Below, piece after piece: positions 54,417 to 62,744 of a stretch of DNA of 64,000 nt (positions are counted from its first letter, which is position 1; each line of letters starts with the position of its first letter). Position numbers and translations under genes: made by a program. The notes under the pieces are model-generated. The model was not told the origin of the DNA and ran no database searches. It saw only the letters and a program-made list of their open reading frames with translations. Source of the stretch: a virus (taxonomy: Duplodnaviria > Caudoviricetes); IMG/VR virus record IMGVR_UViG_3300036929_000011, positions 11,535 through 75,534 of that record. One strand, written 5' to 3'.

Positions 54417-54537
54417 GGCTTCCTCATTGTGCGTTTGGAGTTGCTTACTTTTCCAGATGACCACAGATCGGGCATGGTTCGGGTAGCCATCTCCAGGTCT
54501 CCTTTGTGTGTCCTTTGGGTGAATCCCTGGACACACG

Positions 54538-54563
54538 TATTGTTGATCACTTCTGGCCGTTTT
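54538..54563 (-). promoter_or_regulatory. phage promoter motif copy 6
   Basis: TATTGTTGATC 54538-54548, GTTTT 54559-54563; intergenic. Confidence 0.75.
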
Positions 54564-54602
54564 ACGCCAGAACAGTTTTCGGCCCGACGCGATACGTCTG
54601 GG

Positions 54603-55514
54603 CTACAGCCCGCGCGGCATTCGAGGGTCGACCGGGCCAGAATGCGCGGGGGCGCCGTGATAGTCGGCCCGCCAGGGGATGGAGACCTCACGATCGTTAC
54701 TTCTGTTCGGGGGCTGGAGGTACTCCACGCGCTCGACGCCGCCACCCTTGACCGGCTTCATCCAGACGAAGGGATGATCGAACGGAACCGTTTGCCCATT
54801 CAGCTGCTTCGAATCGTCCCCGGTGCGTTGGTCGAACGTGGCGACTAGCCGCTTCATGAGTCCAGGCACCTCGTGCGCTACCTCGTGCAGGCTGCGCTGG
54901 TTCGTGACGCCATAGGCATACGCACCTTCGGTCCGAACAATTCGCTCTGCCCTGTACCGCTCGTGGTCGAAGATCCCGCCCTTCGCGGCGATGCGGTTCA
55001 CGGTCTGGTCGACGCTGTCCCCCCTGATCATCGAGAGCGCGAGCTGGTTCCGCACCCGCTCGATCGTCGGCATCGGGTAGTTGCCGACCAGCTTGTGATA
55101 TCTCATCAGCAACGTTGGCTCGATTCCACGGTACACCCGCGCGAACACGCCGGCCTCTTCGAGCCGCAGCACGGGCTCAGCCCCGGAGAACCGTTTCTCG
55201 AATGCCTTGATTGCTGAAACAACATGCCGCTGGGCGAGCGTCGCGGTGGCGAGACCGTTGTTGTCAAGCTGGGTGGCCAGGCCAGACTGGAAGACCTTCA
55301 GGCCATCGCGCACCTGCAGCAGCACCTGGCGCAAGTGGAACGCCGTGAAGCTCTGGTCCTTGCCCGCCCGCCGCAGGCCCGCCAGCTCAGCTTCGAGCTC
55401 GGCCCGCACGGTCTCGTAGAGGGAGCTCACTTTGCGGACGCCGCCCAGCTCGATCACGCCTTGCAACTGAGCGCGGTGGAGATTTATCACCTGGGCAACG
55501 ATAGATGAGGGCAC
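54603..55514 (-). CDS. minor head morphogenesis protein (MuF / SPP1 gp7 family)
   Basis: RAERIVRTEGAYAY...KRLVATFDQRT...LNGQTVPFDHPF...PPNRSNDR. Confidence 0.8.
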   Translation of the reverse strand: MPSSIVAQVINLHRAQLQGVIELGGVRKVSSLYETVRAELEAELAGLRRAGKDQSFTAFHLRQVLLQVRDGLKVFQSGLATQLDNNGLATATLAQRHVVSAIKAFEKRFSGAEPVLRLEEAGVFARVYRGIEPTLLMRYHKLVGNYPMPTIERVRNQLALSMIRGDSVDQTVNRIAAKGGIFDHERYRAERIVRTEGAYAYGVTNQRSLHEVAHEVPGLMKRLVATFDQRTGDDSKQLNGQTVPFDHPFVWMKPVKGGGVERVEYLQPPNRSNDREVSIPWRADYHGAPAHSGPVDPRMPRGL

Positions 55515-55517
55515 CGG

Positions 55518-55985
55518 CTACTCGTCTTTCTTGCCGGTCCCTCGCATTGGCGGCGGCGTCTTGCCGTTCTCGATAGCCCGCTCGCGCTGATGGCAAACGT
55601 CGTGGCACTTGGCGCACAGAATCGAGACGAAGCGATCGTCCTTCGGCCCGTCGGCCTTCGTTGCGGCGGCGCGCAGCTTCGGGTTCTGCCAGGACTTCAG
55701 GCTCTCGAAGATTTCCTTGGGGTGGCCAGAGGAATGGTCACAGTCCAAATCCTCCTTGGGCGTCGGGCAGTACGGGTTGGAACAGCGATACTTCGCCGCC
55801 CTCATCCGCTGCAGCACGAGGTTGGAATCGAGTCCACCTTTTCCCTCGTGCGCGAGCGTGGCCCCAGCCGCTTTGGCCTCGCGCTGGATGGTGGCCACGA
55901 CGTCGCTGTCGGTCTTCGCCTTGGCGGCCTGGTGGCGCGAGGCCTTCACCTTGCGACGGGCCCATGCTTCGAGCTTGCGTGGCAT
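55518..55985 (-). CDS. HNH-like zinc-binding protein with N-terminal WAxRK motif
   Basis: YRCSNPYC...LDCDH...ILCAKCHD..H; LEAWARRK. Confidence 0.6.
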   Translation of the reverse strand: MPRKLEAWARRKVKASRHQAAKAKTDSDVVATIQREAKAAGATLAHEGKGGLDSNLVLQRMRAAKYRCSNPYCPTPKEDLDCDHSSGHPKEIFESLKSWQNPKLRAAATKADGPKDDRFVSILCAKCHDVCHQRERAIENGKTPPPMRGTGKKDE

Positions 55986-56527
55986 CAGCCCCCCGCTCCC
56001 TTCAGCGGTGTCGACCCGCGGGCCAGCACGGCGCCTTCAGGGAAGGCCCGCATTGCCTGGCCGTCTTGGCTGGTCGCGAACTCCGAACAGTTTCCCGCCT
56101 CCTGAATCGTCAGGGGCGAAGGGTTGCCCGCCATGGCGTCGTAGCCGCCACCTTCCGGCACGAGGTCGGGCAGGCCGGCCAGTAGCTCGGCGTAGGGGTC
56201 TTTGTCCGCTGGCTTGACCAGCACGCAGGTTTCGACTCGCGCGGTGGCGTGGCCGGGAGCGAACTGGCTTGTGATCGGTTGGGGCACGAACGGCCGCACT
56301 CCCGAGGGTTGGCGCGGCGGCGGCACGAAGGTGGATGGCGCAGGCGCGGCCTGCTGCGGAGTCAGCGGCACGAGGATGTAGTTGCCGTTCTGGAACCCCC
56401 ACGCATAGCCGGCGGGAGGTATGGGCAATACCGCGGGGGCCGCCTGCTGCTGTACCTGGCGCGGTTCTTCCGCCGGTCGTTGCCCGCGGCCTGTGCGGCG
56501 TTGTGCCCACGAAGAGAAATCAGCCAT
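55985..56527 (-). CDS. Pro/Gln-rich hypothetical protein with N-terminal WAxRR motif
   Basis: DFSSWAQRR; GGAGG RBS. Confidence 0.6.
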   Translation of the reverse strand: MADFSSWAQRRTGRGQRPAEEPRQVQQQAAPAVLPIPPAGYAWGFQNGNYILVPLTPQQAAPAPSTFVPPPRQPSGVRPFVPQPITSQFAPGHATARVETCVLVKPADKDPYAELLAGLPDLVPEGGGYDAMAGNPSPLTIQEAGNCSEFATSQDGQAMRAFPEGAVLARGSTPLKGAGG

Positions 56528-57059
56528 TTGTTGACCCTCCTGGAGCCCGCAAATCCGCCCACTGCCGGTCGAGTCCGGCCAGTTCAGGATGAAAGCCTAA
56601 AGCGACCATCTCGCTGTAGGCTAATGCCTTCGTCCATTTGTCGAGGAGCACGCGTACATGGCCGCACGCGAGCCCGGTCCTGTCGTGACCGTTCACGCAG
56701 TGGATGAGATAGGTTTCGCCGGTGGTGTCCATCAGCAAGATCTGCTGTTCGATTTCCGCCCAGACGCTCGGGTCTGGTTTCTCGAAAACTTCTTCGACAG
56801 CAGGAATCAGGCCGTTTGGGTCGGTCCGCGGTTCAATGCCAAGCTCGCGCACATCCCACCCCATCGCGCGCGCCGGCTCGTCGCTACCCTCGTCGTCGAA
56901 GTTCAGCTTCAAGACCCGCACGCGTTTGCCGTCGAACAGCGTGCGCAGGTAATCCCAACCCTCTACCGTCGGCTGCCCCGAGCGGTAGACGTTGTTGCGC
57001 ACGAACCTCAGGTTTGGCACTCCGTGTGCTCGGCATTCCTCAAGTGGTCCATCAGACAT
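56520..57059 (-). CDS. protein-tyrosine / dual-specificity phosphatase family protein
   Basis: NLRFVRNNVYRSGQP and active-site loop IHCVNGHDRTG (HCxxGxxR). Confidence 0.85.
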   Translation of the reverse strand: MSDGPLEECRAHGVPNLRFVRNNVYRSGQPTVEGWDYLRTLFDGKRVRVLKLNFDDEGSDEPARAMGWDVRELGIEPRTDPNGLIPAVEEVFEKPDPSVWAEIEQQILLMDTTGETYLIHCVNGHDRTGLACGHVRVLLDKWTKALAYSEMVALGFHPELAGLDRQWADLRAPGGSTNG

Positions 57060-57237
57060 TGTGGTCCTCCTCGCTCTCATGAGCCCTCTCGATATCCGCG
57101 CGAGCCGCTTCGATCAACAGCCGCCGTGTTCGGTTGTCGAGCGTCGGTAATGATCGGGTCAATTCCTCATCCAAGAACTTAGGATGCGGCGTCGAACTAC
57201 ATGGGGCGGGGGGGAATTCGGTCGGCATCTTGGTCAT
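57052..57237 (-). CDS. small hypothetical protein
   Basis: 61 aa; coupled in the operon. Confidence 0.5.
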   Translation of the reverse strand: MTKMPTEFPPAPCSSTPHPKFLDEELTRSLPTLDNRTRRLLIEAARADIERAHESEEDHNV

Positions 57238-57238
57238 C

Positions 57239-57622
57239 CTATCCGAATTGCCGTTTCAAGATCGCCCAGTCGGGCGGCAGAGAAAGGTCTTCAATGAAGG
57301 CGTCCACCAGCGGCTTACCCGGGCTTGTCCATATCTCGTCGAACATCTCCCAGACCCCGACCGCCTTCAGGAATGTCCGCATTTCCTCGAAGAGTTGCCA
57401 CTGGAACCGGGTCCGTGACGGCACCTCGCCGTACTGCCAGAAACGCCCAGCCTCGTCTTCGAGCACCGGTGCGGCTCCATCGGGCGTGGAGCGCGCAGAG
57501 TGCAGAGTCAAGTGATGGCCGGAAACCTTGAACGCGCGCATGGCCTCGGCCGCGCCTGGGCGCAGGCGCAGAGGTGGACCGTCGGAGAGAGTCTTGTCGA
57601 AATCGATGGCAATCCTAATCAC
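57239..57622 (-). CDS. HAD-superfamily phosphatase-like protein
   Basis: Motif I IAIDFDKTL, motif II LHSAR, GKP..DAFIED. Confidence 0.75.
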   Translation of the reverse strand: MIRIAIDFDKTLSDGPPLRLRPGAAEAMRAFKVSGHHLTLHSARSTPDGAAPVLEDEAGRFWQYGEVPSRTRFQWQLFEEMRTFLKAVGVWEMFDEIWTSPGKPLVDAFIEDLSLPPDWAILKRQFG

Positions 57623-58317
57623 GTCGATCGACCTCCAACCGTCATCATATTGGTTACGTCCTTCACATGCTGTGCGTGCGCGTCGTCTTCCTGCCTACTC
57701 TTCTCCACTCGCTTTTGATACGCCTGGAATTCCGGATGAGATTCCACCTTGGCGATTGCCGTCTTGAGTCTGGCGTAGTTGTCCTTGCTCACTCCGATAC
57801 GACCAAGACTTGCGACAGCTCCTTGCGGATTGTTCTTTAGCGGTCGCAGGTTGATCGCTGAACCGCCCTCCTCTTCTTTTCCGCCTAGAGAGACATGTAG
57901 ATCGGTTGAATATCCATCCTTGGCCAGCTTGAATTTTCCGGTCCCGGCATAATCTTGTTCTTCTTTCCGTAGGCTTACAGAGACCTGCACTGGTAGCCCT
58001 GCCGAAGTTTTCCACTCGACCTTTTCTTGCGCTAGCACTGATGTTTGGTACTTCCCGTGAGGATAATCCGGTAATGGTGGCGAACGAGTGACTGAGATGG
58101 GAGGCGGGGCACTCCCGCCTTTTCCCATCTCTTTGATCTCTCGCGCCTTGCCTTCGGCGATCATCTTCTTGGCATCTTCGGCGCGATGATACCGAATCGC
58201 GCGGATCACACCGCGCGCGGTATGAACATCAACCTCAACCGGAACCAGCCCTGGCGCTGCACGCATCGCGAGTCGCTTGCGCTGTTTACGTTTCGCCCAA
58301 TCGCTAAAGTCTCTCAA
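57619..58317 (-). CDS. hypothetical head-module protein with N-terminal WAxRK motif
   Basis: TTG start overlapping the portal stop; DFSDWAKRK; GLVPVEVDVHTARG..R.IRY. Confidence 0.6.
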   Translation of the reverse strand: MRDFSDWAKRKQRKRLAMRAAPGLVPVEVDVHTARGVIRAIRYHRAEDAKKMIAEGKAREIKEMGKGGSAPPPISVTRSPPLPDYPHGKYQTSVLAQEKVEWKTSAGLPVQVSVSLRKEEQDYAGTGKFKLAKDGYSTDLHVSLGGKEEEGGSAINLRPLKNNPQGAVASLGRIGVSKDNYARLKTAIAKVESHPEFQAYQKRVEKSRQEDDAHAQHVKDVTNMMTVGGRST

Positions 58318-59978
58318 GGCTTACCCCCCTGCCCGGCCGGCTGGTTCGGCGCCTCGTTCTTGTCAGCTCCTGGCGGTGGCGGCGTGTTCAGGTCATCGAA
58401 CATGCTGGCCGCTTCGTCGGCCTTCTGCTTTTCGATCTTGGCGATCATTGCATTCGCGTCCTGCACCCCGAAGATGGGCGCGGCGGCGTTGACGGCCGTA
58501 TCGCCGTCGATCAGCTCGCCGGTCTTTGCCGACAGGATCGTCGTGACCTGCATGTTCTTGTCGTTCTCAGTGGGCGAGAAGTACGCGCCCCACTTGAGCC
58601 GGATCCATCCGCCTGGCCCGAGCACCCGCGGCGAACCGTCGGCGCGCTTCGGGAGGTCGATCTCCAGGACAACCGTCTTGTCGCCCTGCTGGGATTCGAC
58701 GCCGTGGAACTTCCGCGCCATCATCTCAGCCAGGCGCAGGATGGGGATCACCCCGCAGTCGCCCCACTGCGATCGGAACTCGTCGGCCTGTTCGAGCATG
58801 GGCGCGTAGATGTACTCCATCGCCTTCGCCGACTGGGCGGCGCCCGACAGCTTCTCGGGGTCGGCCAGCACGCAACGGGTAACGTCCAAGATGTTCTGCT
58901 TCAGCCGGTCGACCAGCTTGTGCCCGGCTTCCACACCGCTCGCGATCATCTCCAGGTATTTGGCGTCGCCCTGGCTGCCGACGTAGAGGGCGTTGTCGCT
59001 GCCCTTCCGTACCGACCCGCCCATGGCCAGCAGTTCCTTCGGGTCGATCTTGAGCACCAGCGTCGGGTCGAGGTTGAGGAGTAGCGCCTTGTTCATCTGC
59101 GAGAGTAGCCGGTCGATCGTGTCAAACGATTGCCAAGCGCCCTGGCAGTCGGGGTCGCCGTCCTCTTGCTCAATGACCGGCTTGTTCTGAATCCACACGC
59201 CCGGGAACACGCGCAGGCCGTGCTCGGCCGTCGACTCGATTTGCCAGGCGAGGTTCGCCGCCGGCTCCAGCTTCACCGGCTTGTACACGGTGTCGTCCTG
59301 GTCGGTGATGATCCTCCGGTAGAGGTACTCCACCAACCGAGTGGTGACCTCGCCAGTCTTGGGGTCGGTCGAGAACTCCTCCTGCGGGTAGCGGTAGATG
59401 ATGAGTGCCGCCAGCGGTTCGAGCGCGCGGCGATCCTTCCAGAGGATCTGGACGTGCTTCGGGTTGTGGACCTGCATCACGAAGCGACCGCGCTTCAGGT
59501 GCAGGGTTACCATCACCGAACCGCACGCCCCACCAACGGCTCGGGCCTCGCGCCACCGCGCCCAGAAGCGCATCTGCTCCATGCACGCGTGGAGAAAGTC
59601 GTCGGTGTCCGGGTCGCCCTCGACCTCGACATCGGGCTTGCGCGCATCGCTGAACAGCAGGCCGGTGAAGCGGTCGACGATCGCTTTCGCCAGGTTGTAC
59701 GGCGCCGTAGGACGCTTCTGGCGGGCCAGTAGGTTGAGCGCCGGTTGACTCCAGCCAAAAGGGACCTGGACGTTGGGGCTTACTGTCTCAGCTGCGTCGG
59801 CGTTCTGGCCCCACCAGTCGAACTGAAGGTGGGCGTACTGAAGGCAGTTATAGTGGGATTCCCATCTGTTGATCTGCCGGAACCTCTGGGTTTCACCAAC
59901 GACGGCGTTGTCGCAGAAATATTTCTTCACGTCCGCAGCGAGCGGAATCCTCACTTGCACGTTGGCAGTCTGGCTCAT
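58314..59978 (-). CDS. portal protein
   Basis: 554 aa upstream of MuF; IVDRFTGLLF, AQSAKAMEYIYAPML, acidic/Pro tail. Confidence 0.8.
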   Translation of the reverse strand: MSQTANVQVRIPLAADVKKYFCDNAVVGETQRFRQINRWESHYNCLQYAHLQFDWWGQNADAAETVSPNVQVPFGWSQPALNLLARQKRPTAPYNLAKAIVDRFTGLLFSDARKPDVEVEGDPDTDDFLHACMEQMRFWARWREARAVGGACGSVMVTLHLKRGRFVMQVHNPKHVQILWKDRRALEPLAALIIYRYPQEEFSTDPKTGEVTTRLVEYLYRRIITDQDDTVYKPVKLEPAANLAWQIESTAEHGLRVFPGVWIQNKPVIEQEDGDPDCQGAWQSFDTIDRLLSQMNKALLLNLDPTLVLKIDPKELLAMGGSVRKGSDNALYVGSQGDAKYLEMIASGVEAGHKLVDRLKQNILDVTRCVLADPEKLSGAAQSAKAMEYIYAPMLEQADEFRSQWGDCGVIPILRLAEMMARKFHGVESQQGDKTVVLEIDLPKRADGSPRVLGPGGWIRLKWGAYFSPTENDKNMQVTTILSAKTGELIDGDTAVNAAAPIFGVQDANAMIAKIEKQKADEAASMFDDLNTPPPPGADKNEAPNQPAGQGGKP

Positions 59979-60883
59979 GGCATCACCAAGGCAAAGCGGT
60001 CCTGCGACCGGTAGCGGACTTGACCGTAATACGGCGAGTAAGCCTCGTACGAAAGGTTTTGGTTGGCCTCGTCGAAGCGTAGGTCAGACACCCAACCTCC
60101 ACCGTACGGCACCTGATACTGATAGTTGCACTCAATCTGGTGGCACACGGTGCCGTCTCCGCGCGTATTCGTGCGATGCCGGACAATCTGCGCGCCGTCA
60201 TAATCTGCGTCGACGTGGCCACAGAGCACGATGCGCACAGCACTGCGCGCGCTGGCCAGGTTGGCCCACAGTTCAGCGCCAGCGCTATGCCCTTCGGTCG
60301 GTGTGGTTTCCAGCACCGACCCGATGGCCGTCGCGGCCGTTTCCTGCGTGCCGTCCCAGTTAAGCCAGCAATGCGTCACCAGCATGACCGGCATACCCGG
60401 GTGCGCGTCGATGATGCCCGCCGCCCACGTGACAACCGCATCGCGCGGCAACCACTCGAGGCAAACCACCAGCCACTCGCGCCCCGCCAGAGTCACCAAA
60501 CCCCAGGTGTTTTCGACGTGACCCGCGGTCATGGGCGTGAGCCACGATGAAAGCTGTACGTAGGTGTTGATGAGGGTTGTGCGAGTCAGGATCGGCAAGT
60601 AGTCATGGTTGCCGGGCACCGCAGCCCACTTGATGCCGGCGGCAGTCAAGCGCCCCAGCTGCGTTTGCACGACAGGCCAGTTGGGCAGATACAGGCCGGT
60701 CACGTTGTCGTCGACTAGGTCGCCGAGAAGCAGCACAAGGTCCGGGCTTTGAGCGATGGCCCAGGTAATCTGGTCCGCAAAAATCGACGGGTCATTCGAG
60801 GTCGCGTATTGCGGATCGGAGATGGTCAGCACCCGCCCGGGTTTCACGGCCGACTCACGCGCGAGCAAAGAAGGATGCGTCAT
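59975..60883 (-). CDS. calcineurin-like metallophosphoesterase
   Basis: ISDPQ, LGDLVD, PGNHD, VTH, CGHV motifs. Confidence 0.85.
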   Translation of the reverse strand: MTHPSLLARESAVKPGRVLTISDPQYATSNDPSIFADQITWAIAQSPDLVLLLGDLVDDNVTGLYLPNWPVVQTQLGRLTAAGIKWAAVPGNHDYLPILTRTTLINTYVQLSSWLTPMTAGHVENTWGLVTLAGREWLVVCLEWLPRDAVVTWAAGIIDAHPGMPVMLVTHCWLNWDGTQETAATAIGSVLETTPTEGHSAGAELWANLASARSAVRIVLCGHVDADYDGAQIVRHRTNTRGDGTVCHQIECNYQYQVPYGGGWVSDLRFDEANQNLSYEAYSPYYGQVRYRSQDRFALVMP

Positions 60884-61911
60884 CAGTACCGCTTCGCTCC
60901 CTTGTTGTAGAGCGCCTTAAGGTATGCCGCCGAACGCGCCACAGATTCGATCCAAGAGGGCCCCTGGTAGAGGTCGCCGCCCTCGCCCGTGAGTGCCGTG
61001 GGCTCTCCAAAAATCCAGGGCGAAGTCCCACCGGCACGCCACCCGATGTTCCCGGTTTGCGCCAGCGCAGTCCCGACCTCCAACCCGTTGCAGTAAAGAT
61101 GCACGAAGGCGCCATCGTAGACACCCGACAGCAGACACCACTCGCCCGTCGGCACAATCATTGCCGACCCAACACCCACAGCCACGTAGCTGGCACCCGA
61201 CGTATAGACGCTGAAGTACAGTCCGCCGGCTGCGTTCATGTAGAGCGCGACAATCTGAAAGGGGGCGTTCCACGCGCTCGGCGCATAGGGTTTATGAATG
61301 ATGCGGCACGAACCCGTCGCCCGCTTGTAGACGATGATTTTCACCCATACCGAAACGGTCAGCAGATTCCCGGCAGGTTCAAATGCCCCGGCTGCGGACG
61401 CAATACCGATGTCGGTTGTGCTGCCGGGTAAAAAGACGCTGCCGCCCAGTCCGCCCGTAATGCCAGGTTGCCCTTGCGGCCCCACGCACGCACAGATCGG
61501 GGTTCCCCGTGCGGCTGAAAAGTCGAGTGTCCCCGTGACCTCGTTCTTGTAGTTGGTCCCGTTCCATAGATCGTTCCACTTCATATAGGCCAGCGTGCTC
61601 GCATCCATGCCCGGATCGGCATAGGGAGGGATCGCAACCGCGGACTGCGGCTTGTACGAAAGTCCCGTCGGCGAGGTCGAATCCTCGGTGAGAACGTTGC
61701 CATCGGTTCCGCTCACGTGCTGGGCGACAAGTCCCGTCGCCGTCTCGACGGCGATATCCCCCTTCGTCGCGAGCGAAACCACGTCGAGCTGACTTGAGGG
61801 AACCTTGCTGTCGGAACCGAGCGTCGCCACACCGTTCGCTGCCGCCTTTTGCGTGGTTGGAACGTATCCATCCAGAGAGATGGGTGGGCCTCCGCAGCGT
61901 TGATAGCTCAT
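60883..61911 (-). CDS. LamG/ConA-like lectin-domain virion protein
   Basis: QKAAANGVATLGSDSKVPSSQL fibre-type motif; LTVSVWVK...WCLLSGVYDGAFVHLYCNG. Confidence 0.75.
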   Translation of the reverse strand: MSYQRCGGPPISLDGYVPTTQKAAANGVATLGSDSKVPSSQLDVVSLATKGDIAVETATGLVAQHVSGTDGNVLTEDSTSPTGLSYKPQSAVAIPPYADPGMDASTLAYMKWNDLWNGTNYKNEVTGTLDFSAARGTPICACVGPQGQPGITGGLGGSVFLPGSTTDIGIASAAGAFEPAGNLLTVSVWVKIIVYKRATGSCRIIHKPYAPSAWNAPFQIVALYMNAAGGLYFSVYTSGASYVAVGVGSAMIVPTGEWCLLSGVYDGAFVHLYCNGLEVGTALAQTGNIGWRAGGTSPWIFGEPTALTGEGGDLYQGPSWIESVARSAAYLKALYNKGAKRY

Positions 61912-62092
61912 AGCTCTACCTTACCACCGGTAGCCTCTGGGATGATAGCCGCGCTCAAGGCCCGTACCCAAATCCGGTTCCACCAGCTCGGCCGCAGGGC
62001 CGCCACCTGAGCGTCAAGTTCCACCGGAACGCCTTCCATGCTGGTCACGGTCGGATCCGGCATGGTATTGGCGAGGACCCGCAGGACCCGCG

Positions 62093-62554
62093 CTACCGGG
62101 GCACGAACGACCGAATCGTCCGCTGGTTCTCCATCCGGTGTTGTCGGATCTGCTCCTGTTGGGACATGTCCTTGATCCATCGCCAAAACTCCTCCGGCCC
62201 GCTGAACCAGGCCGCGACCTGTGCTTCCGTCAGTGCCAGCCGCTTCGGCAATTTCCTGTCCGCCGGCCTCCGCCACTGGGCTTCGAGAATTGGCCGCGAC
62301 GGCTCGAATGGGTTCGTTGACTCGCAGCCGGGCGGAATGGTGTTTGCCGGCCAGTACACGAATCCCGCCCGCTCCAAGGCCTGCTTGAACTGCTCGATTC
62401 TCCGGCCGTGCTGGGACTCTGCCACCACCTCCCGGTGCTGGACTGGGTCGAAGGCAGGGCGGGCTGGAGAATCGGCCGCTGACGTCCCGTCCTTGATCGC
62501 CTGCATCGTGCGGGCAAATTCCTCTTGATTGAACGGCGCCAGCGGCGTTGCCAT
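62093..62554 (-). CDS. hypothetical protein
   Basis: 153 aa, coupled to 62554..62700. Confidence 0.55.
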   Translation of the reverse strand: MATPLAPFNQEEFARTMQAIKDGTSAADSPARPAFDPVQHREVVAESQHGRRIEQFKQALERAGFVYWPANTIPPGCESTNPFEPSRPILEAQWRRPADRKLPKRLALTEAQVAAWFSGPEEFWRWIKDMSQQEQIRQHRMENQRTIRSFVPR

Positions 62555-62700
62555 CAGGACCCCAGGGGGATGATGGGGGTGAGGGGCGTTGCCTCGGTGT
62601 GCTTCGGCTCGGCCACCTCGCCCTTGTCGAGCGGCGGGTGCGGCTGGAACTTTGGCGTGTGCTCGTCTTGGTCGCAGTCGCGCTTGCGTTCGTCTGCCAT
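62554..62700 (-). CDS. small hypothetical protein
   Basis: GGAGG RBS before ATG 62700. Confidence 0.45.
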   Translation of the reverse strand: MADERKRDCDQDEHTPKFQPHPPLDKGEVAEPKHTEATPLTPIIPLGS

Positions 62701-62744
62701 GGGAACCTCCAGGGAGAAGCCTATCACAACGGGGCGGGAGTGGT

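Noticed and set aside
59975-60883. SbcD/Mre11 partner of the SbcC-like ATPase
   Set aside because: 47 kb away in the head module, and the motif spacing resembles generic secreted-type metallophosphoesterases
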